Assembly: GCF_009914755.1 (NCBI RefSeq)
Contig: NC_060934.1
Length of the DNA: 64,000 nt
Source: the human T2T-CHM13v2.0 reference genome, Homo sapiens
Direction: 5' to 3' (one strand)
Positions 1 through 17,195 of this stretch are shown here, piece after piece. The notes beneath the pieces were generated by a model. It worked only from the letters and a program-made list of their open reading frames with translations. It searched no databases and had not been told where the DNA came from. How positions within the stretch are numbered: the first letter of the stretch is position 1; each line of letters opens with the position of its first letter. The position numbers and the translations under genes are program-made.

Positions 1-519
1 AACAATCTATTGTCTGACCCTTGAACCCTGCTGTGAAATCTTGGTGTGTCCTACAGCCGTCCGTTCTCGGGCTGGACTATGCCTGCTGGTGCTTGCCCTT
101 TGAATTTTGTCCCATGCTCTTGCTACAATCTTCTGGATTTCACACCAAGTGAGTCACTCTGTTCTCTCCACTCCCACCGGGCAGACCCATGAGGCCCCTG
201 CATGCACATGCTCTCTGCCTCTCGAGAAGCACTCCTCCCTGTTGGGGATGCAGTGGGGGATTGAATGAGCCTCCACTGGTTTGAAAGCTGAGGGGCTTTC
301 GTGTGTTGCCTTCCTCTTCTCCCTGCTATTTATACCTCCTGTAGTATGATTTCCCTTTCAGAGGTTAGATCCTGAGGCTCAGAAAGATTAAGGAAGCAAT
401 TCCTTGTATTCTGTAGTGCCCCTGTAGCCTCTTGGAAGTAGGCTTAAGTTGGGAAACCCAGTCCAGCCATGGCAGAACTTGGCCTTTATTTATAAGGGAA
501 ATGATAAGAATGTCCTGGA

Positions 520-1040
520 CATTGAAAACAGGAAAGAGAAGAGATATTCGTACACCCATGACCGTAGCAGCATTATTCACAGTAGCCAAGAGATGGAAGC
601 AACCCAAATGCCTATCAATGAACGAATGGAAAAGCAAGTGTGGTGCATGCATACAATGGACTATTATTCAGCCTCAAAAAGGAATGCCAAGAAAGAAAAT
701 TCTGGCACATGCTACAATATGGAAAAAGCTTGAAGACATTATGCTAAGCGAAATAAGCCAGACACAAAAGGACAAATGCATGATTCCACTTATGTTAAGT
801 ACTTAGAGTAGCCAAATTCATAGAGACAGAAAGCAGCATGGTAGTTGTTAGGACCGGGGGAAGTGGGATGGAGAGTTACCATTTAAGGGGTACAGTTTCA
901 GTTTGGCATGATGAAAAGTTCTGGGGATGGATGGTGGTGATGGTTACCCAAAAATGTGAGTGTTCTTAATGCCACTGAATTGCTCACTTAAAAATGGTTA
1001 AAATAGTAAATTCTATGTTGTGTATATTTTACAAAAATTT
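520..1040 (+). mobile_element. Old LINE-1 3' end (L1MB-like), truncated
   Basis: ORF2 C-terminal remnant (AALFTVAKRWKQPKC) followed by a typical L1MB 3'UTR ending AAAATGGTTAAAATAGTAAATTCTATGTTGTGTATATTTTAC. Confidence 0.8.
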
Positions 1041-2699
1041 TGAAGAAGAGGGATGTTCTGGATGTTCACTCCATAGGATACTGCTTCGTTTGTTTGGTAA
1101 GGGCATTTCACTCTTCACCCTGTCCTCCTCCGCAATCCCCGCTTTCCTGGAAGCCCCCACCATCTGGCCTGAATCTGCACTATCAACTGCATGTACTGCT
1201 GATGGGCTACTCGTGCCTCTGGAGAAGTCTTCACAGACACACTAAGCAGGGCCTGGCTCTGCCCAGAGTCTGCTGGCTCCCTGGCTCTGAGGAGACATGC
1301 CAAGCCCTGCGTTGGCAGGCATTGGGAGTTGCTCTCACTCCTGTGCAGCATGGAGATGCCAGGCAGAGGGAATGCATTATGCAAGCCCAGTTCTGAGACA
1401 CCACGCATTGTGCTTTCCAGCCCAGCCATGCAATGCTGACCATGTGCAGTTATTGCAGCAAGGCTGGTGTCCTGGGGACAGGGCATCCTCTCTGTATAGC
1501 CAATGTCTCAGGGCCTCCTTGGTGCTGCTGTAGTGAGTCTAGGAAGCCAGGAGATGGATGAAAGCACTGTGGAGCCTTGTCACTCCATCACCTCTGTGTA
1601 CAGAGGAGGGGGCCAAGGCCAGCTGTCCTAGATGCTGCACAGACACAGGGAGGTTTGGTCAGATCTGGGGTCTCCTGACCCTGGGCAGCACGCACATCAT
1701 GGTCCTGAGGGCTGTATGCTGCCTGGCTGTTCTTGCACAGTGGCTCCAGGAAAGAACTCGGGAGGAGAAGTGTCTCTTTCTTTTATATAACTAGCTTCTA
1801 TTTATTTTTACCTTTTACTTTTGTTGTGTTCAAACATTTTCAAATAATGTGCCCCTCGAGCTCATAATTAAATAGCCCAATCCTTTTACTCTTCACAGCA
1901 TGTATCAGATCAAATCAGAAGCTTTTCCACAAACTTTAAAAAAATATTGTAGATTAATAGGAGGTTGCAAAGATTGTACAGAGAGATCCTGTGTACCCTT
2001 CCAGTAGGTTTCCCCATGATTACTTCTTATGAGATACAATATAGCATCAAAATCAGGACTTGGATATTGGTGCAAAGTGTGTGTGTAGTTATGGCTTATT
2101 TTATCACATATGTAGTTTGTGTATCCACTACTCCCATCAAGATACAGAACTATTTCCTCACTACCAAGATCTCCAGATCTCCCTCCTGCCACCCACCCCT
2201 CCCCACCATCCCTAAGTCCTAGAAACCACCAATCTAATTTCTATTTCTATAATTTTGTCAATATGAGAATGTTAAATAAATGGAATTATATAGTATGTGA
2301 CCTTTTGAGATGGGCTTTTTTTTTTTCTACTCACAATGCCCTTATGATCCATCTAGGTTGCATGTATCAACAATTTCTTTTTATTGCTGAATAATTTTCA
2401 GTGGAACCAGTTTGTTTAACCACACTTATCCATTGGAGGGCATCTGGGATTAGTTTTCTCTCTTATAAATCGAGCTGCCTCAAATGTTTGTGTACAGGTT
2501 TTTGCATGCAAACATTTTCACTTTTCTGGGACAAATGCCCAGGAGTGCAGTCCTGGCTCAAACACCAAGTGGATATTTAGTTTATAAAGAAAACGTCAAA
2601 CTATTTTCCAGAGTGACTAAGAATTCACATTCCCATTAGTAATGTATGAGTGATCCAATTTTTCCACATTCTCACTTGCATTTTGTGTTATTATATTGT

Positions 2700-4005
2700 A
2701 TTGTAGTAAGAATATTTAACATGAGCTCTACCCTCTTAACACATTTTAAGTATACTATATAATATTGTGAACTAAAGGCATAATGTCATAAGCAGATCTC
2801 TAGAATTTACTCATCTTGTATAACTGAAGCTCTGTACCCACTCAAAACAATCACTTCCCATTTCCCCCTACCCCTAGCCTGGCAACCACCATTCTACTCT
2901 CTGCTTCTGTGAATGTGAATATTTCTGATAATTCATAGAAGTGGAATCATGCAGCATTTGTCCTTCTGCAACTGGCTTATTTCGCTTAGCGTAATGTCCT
3001 CAAGTTTCATCCATGTTGTCAAATGTGGCAGGATTTTCTTTTTAGGGCTGAGTAATAGCCATTATCTGTGTATACCACATTTTCTGTATCCATTTATCTG
3101 TTGATGGACATTTGGGGTTGTTTTCACATCTCGGCTTCATAATGCTGTAATAAACATAGTAGTAAAAATATTTCTTCTGGATCCTGATGTCAATTCTTTT
3201 GGATGAACACTCAGAAGTGGAATTGTTGAATCATATAATAGTTCTATTTGTAATTTTTTGAGGAACCTCTGTGCTGTTTTCCATAGCAGCCATGCCATTT
3301 TGTTTTTCCACCAGTAGTGTACAAGCGTTCCAATTTCCCTACATCTTTGCCAACACTTGTTATCATTTATATTTTTGATAATAGCCATTCTAACAGTGAT
3401 ATCTCATTGTGGTTTCAATTTTTAATTTCCCTGATGATTAGTAATGTTGAGCACCTTTTCATATACCTGTTAGCCATTTGTATGTTTTCTTTTGAGACAT
3501 TTCTATTTAATTCATTTGTCTATTTTAAAATCAGGCTATTTGTTGTTCTACTATTGAGTTGTACGCATTCCTTATATATTTTGGATTTTGACTCTGCCCG
3601 TCTTATATATTGCAAATATTTTCTCCCATGCCACAGGTTGCCTGTTCACTTTGGTTTTTCTTTTGCTAGGAAGAAGCTTTTTAATTTGATGTAATCCTAC
3701 TTGTCTATACGTGGTCTTGTTGCCTGAGCTTTATATGCCATATCCAAGAAATCATTTCCAGGACCAATGTCATGAAACGTTTCCTCTATGTTTTCTTCTA
3801 GGAGTTTCAACTTTGAAGTTTAAGTATTTAATCCATTTGGAGATGATTTTTACGTATATTGTAACAAAATGGTCCAATTTTATGCTTTGGTATGTGGATA
3901 TCTGTTTTTTCCAACACCATTTGTTAAAGACACTCTCTTTATCTCCCTATTGTGTAGCCTTGGCACCTTGTCAAAGATCTTCATAGGGCCATATATGCAT
4001 GTGTT
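2700..4005 (-). mobile_element. L1MA8/L1MA9-like 5'-truncated LINE-1 nested in the older L1
   Basis: 3'UTR signature GTAAGAATATTTAACATGAGCTCTACCCTCTTAAC...CAGATCTCTAGAATTTACTCATCTTG; ORF2 C-terminal remnant 3137-3388 (KCWQRCREIGTLVHYW). Confidence 0.75.
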
Positions 4006-5754
4006 TATTTTATTTTTTCTGGTCTAATATGTATGGAGTTATATGTCATGGTGGCTTTAACTTGCATTTTCTTAATGGCCAGTGATGTTGAACATCTTTT
4101 CATGTGCCCATTTATTATTCATAGATCCACTTTGATAAAATGTCTCTTTACATCTTTGGCCCATTTTCTAATTGAAATATTTGAGTGTTTTTTAATGTTA
4201 AAATTTGAGAACTATATTCTAGATATGAGCACTTTGTTAGATGTGTAGTTTGTACGTAATTTTCTCTAGTCTGTAACTTGCCTTTACTCCTTTAACAGGA
4301 TCGTTAGCAGAGAAATCACTTCAGGTTTGGATGAGTTCCAATTGGTCATTTATGTACTGTGCTTTTGGTGTCATGTCTAAGAACCTTTCTCCAAGCCCCA
4401 AATCTCAAAGATTTTCTCTTACGTTATCTTCTAAAAGTTCTTATGTTTTACATTTAAATATATGATGTGTCTTCAGATGATTTTTGTAAAAGGTGTGAGG
4501 CTTAGGCCAAAGTTTATTGTTTTTGCCTATTTCATTGCTCTCGCACCACTTGTTGAAAAGACTATCCTTCCTCCAAGAAGTTGCTTTTGCACTTCTGTCA
4601 AAAAACAGGGGAACACATTTGTGTGGGTCTACTTTTGGGTTCTTTACTCTGTTCCATTGATCTATGTGTATATCCCTTGAGTAATATGCCATAGTCGTGA
4701 TTACTTTAGCTGTATGATCTGGATAATTCCTCATATTTTATTTTTTTCAGAATTGTTTTAGCTATTCCATACAGATTTCTATATAAATTTGAGAACAATC
4801 TTATTTATATCTATCTAAATTGTCTATATCTACAAAAAAACCTTGATGAAATTTTGATAAACCTGTATATCAATTCAGCAGAGAGTTTGTCTTCACCATA
4901 TTGAGCCTTCTAATCCACGAATACAGTATGCATCTCCATTTATTTAGGTCTTCTTTTATTTATTTCATCAGCATTTGGTAGTTTTCAGCATAAAGTCTTG
5001 TATATATTTTCTTAGATTTACACTTCAGTATTTTTTTATGTTTCAACGATATTGCACTCAAAATTTTGGTTTTCATATGTTCATTGGTAGTGTATACAAA
5101 TACAATTGATTTTTAAATATTTATCTTGTATCTGTGAACCTGTATCTTGTTGAACTCACTTATTCTAGAATTTATTTCGGTAGTCTTTTTTTTTTAATCT
5201 GCACTGGCTATCATGTCATCCACAAATAGGAACAGTTTTATTTCTTTTTTAATCTGTATGACTTTCGTTTCATTTCTTTGCCTTAATGTGCTGGCTAAAC
5301 CTTTCAAGTATTCTGTTGAGTAGCAGTGTCACATGAAAGTAGAATCCATGCCTCATTCACAATCTTAGGGGGAAAACATTCAGTCTTTTACCATTAAGTA
5401 CAATGTTAGCTGTTTTGTAGATATTCTTTATTAAGTTGAAAAAGTTTATCTCTACCCCTATTTTGTGACAGTTTTTGTCATAAATGGGTGTTGAATTCTG
5501 TCAAATGCTTTTTCAGCATCCATTAATATAGTGGATTACACTGATCGATTTTTCAATATTTAACCAGCCTTGCATTCCTGGAACAAGCCATACTTGGTCA
5601 TGGTGTATATTCTTTGCACATATTGCTAAATTCTATTTGCAATTTTTTTTCTTTGTGGTATCAGGGTAATATTGGCTTCAGGGAATATATTAGAAAATGT
5701 TCTCTTTTTTTCTGGAAGAGATTGTATAGATTTGGTGTGGTTTTTCTTAGATCA

Positions 5755-6141
5755 CATATTAGTCCCTTCTTGCACTGCTATAAAGAAATGCCTGAAACTG
5801 GGTAATTTATAAAGAAAAGAAGTTTAATTTGCTCAGGGTTCTGCAGGCTGTACAGGAAGCATGGCTGTGGAGGCCTCAGGGAACTTAAAATCATGGCGGA
5901 AAGTGAAGGGGAAACAGGCACGTCTTTCATGACCAGAGCAGGAGGAAGAGAGAGAGGAGGGAGGTGCTATACATTTTTAAATAAACAGATAACGTAATAA
6001 CTCACTCACTATCATGAGAACAGCACCAAATGGGAAATCTGCCCACATGATCCAATCACCTCCCACCAAAGCCCACCTCCAACATTAGAGATTACAATTT
6101 GACATGAGATTTGGGTGGGGACACAGACTCAAACCATATCA
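5755..6141 (-). mobile_element. MSTA/MSTB-like MaLR solo LTR
   Basis: Ends CATATTAGTCC... and ...GGGGACACAGACTCAAACCATATCA; internal GGCTGTACAGGAAGCATGG typical of MST; degenerate 5-bp flanks GATCA/GACTA. Confidence 0.85.
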
Positions 6142-6403
6142 GACTATTTGGGAGAATTCTCCAGTGAAACCATCTAAGCCTGGATATTTCTCTTATGGGA
6201 GGTTTATAGTTATGAATTCAACATTCCTACTTGTTTACAGGATTATTCAAGTCATTTATTTTACATTGGAGGAGTTGTGGTACTTTGTACTTTTTGAATA
6301 ATTTGTCTATTTTATCTATGTTGTCAAATTTACATATGTATGTTCATAGTGTTTATTTTTCGTTTGATGTCTGCAGAGTCTAGAGCTATCTTTTCATTTT
6401 TGA

Positions 6404-6639
6404 TATGGTTGAATATCTGTAATCCAAAAACTCAAAATCCAAAATGCGTCAAAATCTGAAAATTTTTGAGTACTGACTTGACACTCAAAGGAAATGCTTA
6501 TTGGAGCATTTTGGATTTTGCATTTTCAGATTAAGGATGTTGAACTATAAGTGTAATGCAAATAGTTCAAACTCTGAAAAAGTCCCAAATCCAAAACACT
6601 TCTGGTCCTAAGGATTTTGAATAAGGGATACTAAACCAG
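6404..6639 (+). mobile_element. Tigger4a/MER46A-like non-autonomous TcMar DNA transposon
   Basis: ~236 bp; TIR-like ends GGTTGAATATC / GGGATACTAAACCAG-TA; internal CAAAGGAAATGCTTATTGGAGCATTTTGG. Confidence 0.8.
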
Positions 6640-7152
6640 TACTGGTATATTGGAATGTCTTCTTTCTTTTTAAGTTTTGCTAGAAGTTAATGAATTCTAT
6701 TTTCTTTTGCAAAGAACAAACTTTTACTTTCATTGAAGTTCTGTACTGTTTTTCTGTTTTCAATCCCACTGATTCTTGCTCTTGTTTTTGTTTCCTTCCT
6801 TCTACTTGTTTTGGGTTTATTTTGATTTTATTAAGATGAGAATTTAACACTGATTTGAGACTTTTTCTTTTTTCTAATGTAAGCATGTAATGCTATAAAT
6901 TTTAGTCTTGGAACTGCATAATTGCATACCATAAATTTTGATATGTTGCATTTTAATTTTCATTTTCAATGTAATTTTTATTTCCCTTCTTTTAGTTTTC
7001 CTTTGAGAGAAGCTTTATTCATCCTTTATTACTTAGGAATATTTTGGGCGAATATATAATTTGGGGTGAACAGTTTTATTTCTTACATCACTTGAACAGT
7101 GTTTTGCCCCTCCCTTGGGCCTCCATGGTTTCTGATTAAAAAATCTACTGTA

Positions 7153-7457
<305 letters not shown>

Positions 7458-7918
7458 TTAAATTATTTTTCCCATGTAGGCAATGTGCTGTCTTTCTCTT
7501 ATTGCTTTCAGGATTCTTTATCTGTCTTTAGTTTTTAGAAGTTTGACTGTGGTGTATCTTCGAGTGAATTTCTTTGAATCTATCACGTTTGGAATTCATT
7601 TAGCTTCTTGCATCTCTAAATATATAGATTATTTTGGCCACATTTGTTAATTTAGCATTGTTTTTTGAAAACATTTTTAGTTCCATGATCCCTCTCTTCT
7701 TCTAGGACTTTGATGACATGCTAAATCTTTTGTTATATTCATACATGTAAATGAGGCTCTGCTAATTTTTTCAGTCTGTTTCCTCGTTGTTGTTCAGATT
7801 GAGTAATTGCTATTGCTCTATCTTTAAGTTTATTGATTTATTTTCTTTTGTCATCTACATTCTGCCATTGTGCCCATTCACTGAATTTTTATTTCAGTTG
7901 TTGCATTGTTTAGTTCTA

Positions 7919-10648
<2,730 letters not shown>

Positions 10649-11789
10649 TAATTCTTCTTTTTACCTCTCTCTTCATTGAGATTTTTGGATTTCTTTGCTG
10701 AAACTTCTATATTTTCCTGTGTTTCAAGTTTGTTTTTATTTGGTAATTGCAGCACTTTTCATAATGATTGTATTAAACTTCTTGAAAGATAATTCTAACA
10801 ATTGTATCATCTCATTGTTGGTGTTTTGTTGATTGTCTTCTAATTCACCTTGAACTGTTTTTGGTTCTTGGTGTAATAAATGACTTTTGATTGAAATATA
10901 GACATTTGGGTATTATAAGTCTATGAATCTTATTTAAATAATGTGTTTTAGTGGGCTTCCTCTCTCATCTCTCCAGTGGGTGAGGAGGTGGGGTCACTGC
11001 CATGTAATTACCAATTAGGGATGGAAAACCAGGTTCTCCACTTGACCTTTTTTGACACCTAGGCTGGGGGAAGGGCTCTTGTTACTGCTGGGCAGAAATG
11101 GAGTTCTGGTTCCCCACATTGTCTCCACAGACATGAAGGGACAGGGGACTTGTTACTACCCACCAGGGAAGCAAACCCTGGTTCCCAACTCAGCCTTTAT
11201 TTATACCAGCTGGCAAAGGAGGTGGGGATGCCACATAACAACACAGTAAGGGCAGAAGTCTAGTCTCCCTGCTCAGCCTTGACTTGTGCAAGTGGAGGTG
11301 GAGCCACAGTTTTTCTGTGTTTGGCTGGAGTAGGCATTTTATTCCTAAAAGTTTTCTGTCTTGCTAGGTTTTTCCTTTCCTGGTTCTTTGGCTAGAAAGA
11401 GCTGGCATTTTTTTTTTTTTTTTTTTTTTTGTCTACACTAATTAGCAGTTCCAGGTTGCTGACTTTCCAAATACCTAATCTTGGGATATATGAGGCAATA
11501 AGAAACTCATTGTCATGTTATTCCTTAAGTCCCATGGTCTCTGGCTCTTCTGCCTTCTTCTCTGTACCTTTCAGAGTCTTCTTATATTTGTTTTATATAT
11601 AATGCCTAGGGCTTTTAGTTATACTTAGTAGGAATAGGGAAAAGTATGTCTACTCCATCTTCCTGGAAAATGGAAGTCTTATTCTCATAGACTTTTGGGG
11701 TTCAGGGAAATTGAAATAAGAGCTGGATCCCTGGGAATAAATCAGGCCAAATCCCATGATTGGGACTTGCTGAGCATTGAGTAGATAGA

Positions 11790-12540
11790 GTCATTCATTC
11801 ATTCATCCACAAATGTGTGAGCACCTGCTCTGTTCCAGGAGCTGCTTAGAAACTGCAAATATAGAAATAAACAAAGCAGTTAAAGCTCCTGTCTTGGAGA
11901 CTCACATTCTACAGAGCAGACAGAAAAACATTCAAGATACATAAGCAAAAAATATATTTTATTAGATATGTTATTAAATGCTGATAACAAGATATGAATC
12001 AGGGAAAGAAGATATAAAGTGTTAAATGGGGGGCGGGAATTCCCAGCAAAGTGGCCAGGACAGGCCTCATTCAGAAGGGAACTTTTGAATAGAGACTTGA
12101 AGGTAGTAAAGCAACCAGCATTTCAGGCATGAAGAACACTGAGTGCAAAGGCCCGAGGCAGATGTATGTCTGGCAAGTTCAAGGAAGGGTCAGGCAGGAG
12201 ATGAGAAGGGGAGTTTGGTAGGTGAGCCAGAAAGCCATCAGCAACCTGACAGCAAGGGTGAGTCTTAATATAACTTTCATAAATGGTCATTCTGGCTGCT
12301 GTGTTGAGAGCAGACTGAGGAGAGGCAAGGGCAGAAATGAGAAGAGCAATTTGGAGGCTTGTTCAATAACACACTAGAGAGGGTGGCTTGACTGCTTGGG
12401 GACAACAGGGGCCATGAGTGGTCAGAGTCTGGATATATTTTGGAGATGGAGCCAATAGGATTTGCTGAGGCTGGATGTGGGGTGAGAGAGGAAGCTGGGA
12501 GCCACAGGTAACACCAACGGGTGTGGCCTGAGCGTGGGGC
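11790..12540 (-). mobile_element. L2 (L2a-like) 3' fragment
   Basis: (CATT)n tail followed by ...TGAGCACCTGCTCTGTTCCAGG and the typical purine-rich L2 antisense body (TCTGGATATATTTTGGAGATGGAGCCAATAGGATTTGCTGA). Confidence 0.75.
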
Positions 12541-12703
12541 TGACGGGTGGTGCGTTAGGAGTGTGGACCTGCCATGAGTGTGGACATGCCACGTCATGAT
12601 GCTGTTAACCTTCCCACAGGGAGGTCCAGCCCACTGTGGACACAGGTTCAAGTTGGGGACTAGTGTGAGAATCAGCATCGGTGACTTTAAAAAAGCATGA
12701 CCT

Positions 12704-13003
<300 letters not shown>

Positions 13004-14487
13004 AAAAAAGCATGACCTGTGTGCTGACCCTTGAGGCAAGTGTAGATGGAATGTGGCTTCACACAGGGGCATTTGGGAGGACCCTACACTGGCGAAAGTC
13101 CCAGTTCATGAGATTCTGGAACCTTCCCTGATGGATATGGGCTCTTTAAACTCCCTGTTATCATGGGAGGCAGCCTGACAGTGCCTCTCTTAGGGCTCAG
13201 CTTTTCCTGGCAGAATCCTTTGCCTTTGTACCTGTCCCTTCATACCCTCCAAAGTGTTTCCTCTGCCCACACCCCCTGCCTACCCCCGTGCCAGCAAGTT
13301 TGTGTGGTCAGGGTGCCTGGCTGGGACCAGGGTGGCTCCCACAGTACAGCGCTGCAGCCCAGGAAGCCTGATCGAAGGTGCAGGGCAGTTTGTAAACTCC
13401 TCAAGGATTGCTTACACACCCAGAGAAAATTCCATTTGCCTATTTTCTTACACACGTGTTCACCCCCTTGCTGGCTTTCCCAAGTCCAAATAAGAGGATC
13501 AATAATTTTGTTTAACAGTAGACAACTTAGTCTGATTCTGTTTGGGAATTTTCATGTTTTGAGAAATGAACCTTCCTGTTAAAGAGATTTAGCATGCACC
13601 CAGACCACAGAAAGCCCCACATGGAAAAAAGTAATGCAACATACCATAAGTTTTGTTTTCAAGGCCTCCGGGACCCCAGCATAAGCAGTGGAATCAAGTG
13701 AGCCAGCTTTCTTGCCATCTGACTTAGACCTGGTGACGTCTTCCGGAAGGTATGAGCTTAACATTTCACAAGTTGTGACTCAAATAAAATTTGCACCCAC
13801 CATCTCTGCTGGCCCCATGCCTGGCACTCACTTAGTGATGGACTTTCGATAAATCCTCAGCCTGTGAGCCTTAGGTGCAGGGGAGGGAGCAGAGCAGGTG
13901 TTCTGAGGGACCCTCCTGCTGAGGAGGGAGGCCATGATGCCTGGCTTGTGCCAGTGAATGTGGCCATTCTTTATGCCCCAGTTGAACCAGCACAGACTGT
14001 AGCTGTCCTTGGGCAGTGTTTCCTGGCCTGCCCACCTTGACCCTTCTACCATTCTATATCTTCTCTCACTCCTCTGTGAAAAGCTCAAATGAGTAAGTCA
14101 ATTCATGGGCATCCAAGAAAATGCCTCCCAATGCGTGGGGCAGGGTCAGCACTCCTTCAAGGGCAAGAAGAAGGAGACTTTGCTTTGCTGTATTTCTCCC
14201 CACTGATGCCCCACTCAAAGTTCCCCCTTGGACATCATCCTCCAATTACACAGCAGGACAGGGGCTGGGAGCAGAGTTCTAGAATGGGCTCTTCCTGCAG
14301 GAGGGGCAGGTTCCTGGTGGGAGACCAGCTGCAGGGTCCAGGAGGATGTGGGCGGATGGGAGAGGGTGGAGGTGGAGGTAGCCGCTTGTCTTTCCCAGCC
14401 ACTGAAGTCAAATTCGTGAAGTGCTTTTTGAATTGGAAAATGGCTTACAAGTGTTCACTGCTTTGAATTTCTGGTAACCTGTGGTAG

Positions 14488-14489
<2 letters not shown>

Positions 14490-14518
<29 letters not shown>
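14490..14518. repeat. (GT)14 microsatellite
   Basis: Perfect dinucleotide run. Confidence 0.95.
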
Positions 14519-14519
<1 letters not shown>

Positions 14520-15009
14520 AAGTGTGTGCACATGTGCTGGGGAGGTGGGTAAGGAGTGAGGGGAAACACCAACACCTCACAATTACAGTCTCCTCCTACT
14601 TCACCTTTGTATTTCCCACAATCTTCAGAGCAAATCAGATGGGGAAGCATTACTCCAATACTATGGCAGAGAAAACTGAAAGTCACAACAAACAGAACTG
14701 TTAAGCCAAGGGGCCAGTCCCAGGTGCTGCCACTTGAGAGGTCGGCAGGGCTCTTTCTCCTTGGCTGACCTGCCAGTCTTGGGCCATGACCCTGGGACCT
14801 GGGTGGGACAGGCTGAAGACACATGCTTTATTGGTTTCTCAACAAGCTTTCTGGTCTATACAGAGGGTGGAGTCTGCAGAGGTCCTTGACAGCACACAAG
14901 GAACCTGGATGGAGAGAAGGGCAGGCTTCTCAGAGAGGTCTGCAAGTCAAGAAGTGAGGCAGGGTGGCCTGGAGACTGGGACAGCATTCCCAGTTCCCAG
15001 GCTTGAAGT

Positions 15010-15190
15010 GCCAGGCCAGGCCACACATTTCTCAGGCTGCGCAGTCGAGAAAAATGACTTCTGCAATCTTATCCTTATCATTCACAAAATGGGCACAGGG
15101 GCTGCTTATCTCATTGGAATGTGGCAAAGAATACTGAATTGAGATAATCACAAGGCATGCAGTCAGGTTTATAAAGTGCCATGTAGAACA
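15010..15190 (+). mobile_element. Degenerate MIR fragment
   Basis: Core-like ATCCTTATCATTCACAAAATGGG...GAATTGAGATAAT. Confidence 0.5.
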
Positions 15191-16366
15191 ATACAGAAAT
15201 AAATGCAGAAATGCAAGTCTTTTCTTCAGGAAGTTTGTCATTTTTGTGGACTAAGAAAAAACTTAGTAGACACATGAACAATGAACCCTGAAGTGCAGGG
15301 CATGCTCCCTGTGCTGCCTTCATTTACAAACCTTTCTCCGAAGGTTTGCCAACCAAGGAGTTTCGCTTAAACCTGTCTGGTAACTGCGATATATTTGCAG
15401 TTAAATGTCCCAGCAAAGTGCATTGTATTTTTCCCCCTTTATGCAAAAGTTGTGCTCAGATTTTAATTCCTTTGACCTGTGGGCCATTTGATCCTTTCTG
15501 GCTTTAATTACCTCTATCCCTGATTAATCCCTTTGTGTTCTTCTCCTCCTCTGCTGTCACTGGCAGAACATACTGCAAACTGCAAATGCCTTTTGGTATG
15601 TTTGTGAATTTAACTGATCCCAAATGTGAAGGAGAAACCTCCTGGAATTTAGATCTGGAATTTTCATATGATGATTAGAATTTCACAGGTGTTTTCTTCT
15701 TTTTTCCTGTCTTGAATGAAGGCTTTGGGAACATGTTTTGTCATTTTATTTTTTTTGTAATTAGATTTTGTAATCTCTATCTCCTATGTTCCCATCAACA
15801 AACACTATATCTTGCTCACAAATAACACGAGCCACAAGTATAATCTGCCTTTTCTTCTCCTGAGGATTTTAGTTAATATCTGTGCCTTTCAATCCTGCAT
15901 TGCTTGAAGCAGCAGCAGGCAGCCTATGGCTTTCCTGTACCCTGAGTCCTGTCTCCCTGAGGATGGCGGAGCCCAGGGAGAATAGGTTAAGGTGGTAAGG
16001 ACCTGTGATTGAAATTTAGATTCCATACTCAGTCTGTATTTGATTCTGGGCAAGCATTTCAAGTGTATCAATATTTTTCACCTCTCAAACAGAATGAAGC
16101 TATTTATGTTAAAACACTTAAAAAGTGAAAAGCACTGTATTCAAAAGGGGTTCATGTTCATACATGTACATGCACAGGTTTGAGAACACAAAAGCAGCAT
16201 GCATGTATGTTTTTATGAGTGACAATGACGGAAATAGGTATTCAAATTCTTTGCATTTACCGAGACACTCTCTCTGTTTCTGTTTTTCTCTCTTCCCCTC
16301 CCTCCCTCCCTCTCTCCCTAGCTGCTTCTCCTTCCCCTCCTCCTTTCTGTAGCTGTTGCTCTCACT

Positions 16367-16392
16367 ACACACACACACACACACACACACAC
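16367..16392. repeat. (AC)13 microsatellite
   Basis: Perfect dinucleotide run downstream of a CT-rich tract. Confidence 0.95.
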
Positions 16393-16699
16393 TCATTCCC
16401 TCTCTGTTACATACACATCTGTGGAAAATTGGAAAATTGATATCAGAAGTTAAATTATCAATTGTTTTAGAGGTTAAATTTATTGCTGTCTACAGGTGCT
16501 ACGCTTTAGGGAATTTGATTTAATAATAACATCTGTTTCATTTACATAGTTAAGAGTGAATTCATGTGAAAATGATGTATCAATGTTATATCTCTCAGTG
16601 ACTAAGAATTGCACTACAGTCATTAAATAATTTTTTCATAATTTTATTCCTTAAATAATGTTACTATTGTTTATTACAGATTATTTCTATAAACAAACT

Positions 16700-17195
16700 T
16701 TCAAATCCATATCCTTGCATATCCACTTGTCAAAATACAAAATAGGTGGCTCTTTTTTGGCCTGTTATGTTTTTGGTGGTTGTTGATAATGTATGATTTA
16801 CAATCAACAAAATGGAGAGGTCTAAATTTTTCTGTGCATATGAATCCCAGCAGTTTTCTTTTTTTTTAAAAAAAATATTCCATAGAGTTTTCTATGTACA
16901 TAATTGTCTTCTATTTAAAAAAATGATAGTTTTACTTGCTTTTTAAAAAATCCTTGCTTTTTCCTTTCTTTTTCTTGCCTTATTGCCCTTGCTGGAACTT
17001 CCAGTAGAATAACATTGAATAGAAGAGGGGAGAGTGGAAAGCTTTATTTTGTTTCAGATCTTAGAGAAAAAGTGTTCTATTTTTCATCACAAAATCTCGT
17101 GTTAGGTGTAGGTTTTTTGTAGACGTCCTTTATGTGATTAAAAGAGTTCCTTTTTATTTCTAGTTTGCCAAAAGAGTTTATCATGAATGGACATT
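16700..17195 (-). mobile_element. Old L1M ORF2 fragment
   Basis: Antisense ORF2-like TTTCTTGCCTTATTGCCCTTGCTGGAACTTCCAGTA...TTGAATAGAAGAGGGGAGAGTGG...CAGATCTTAGAGAAAAAG. Confidence 0.65.

Noticed and set aside
994-1794. Overlapping 70-120 aa ORFs in unique GC-richer DNA (also 13163-15142, 47466-48708, 53830-54308)
   Set aside because: No recognisable domain, codon bias or consistent exon chain; expected by chance in six frames.
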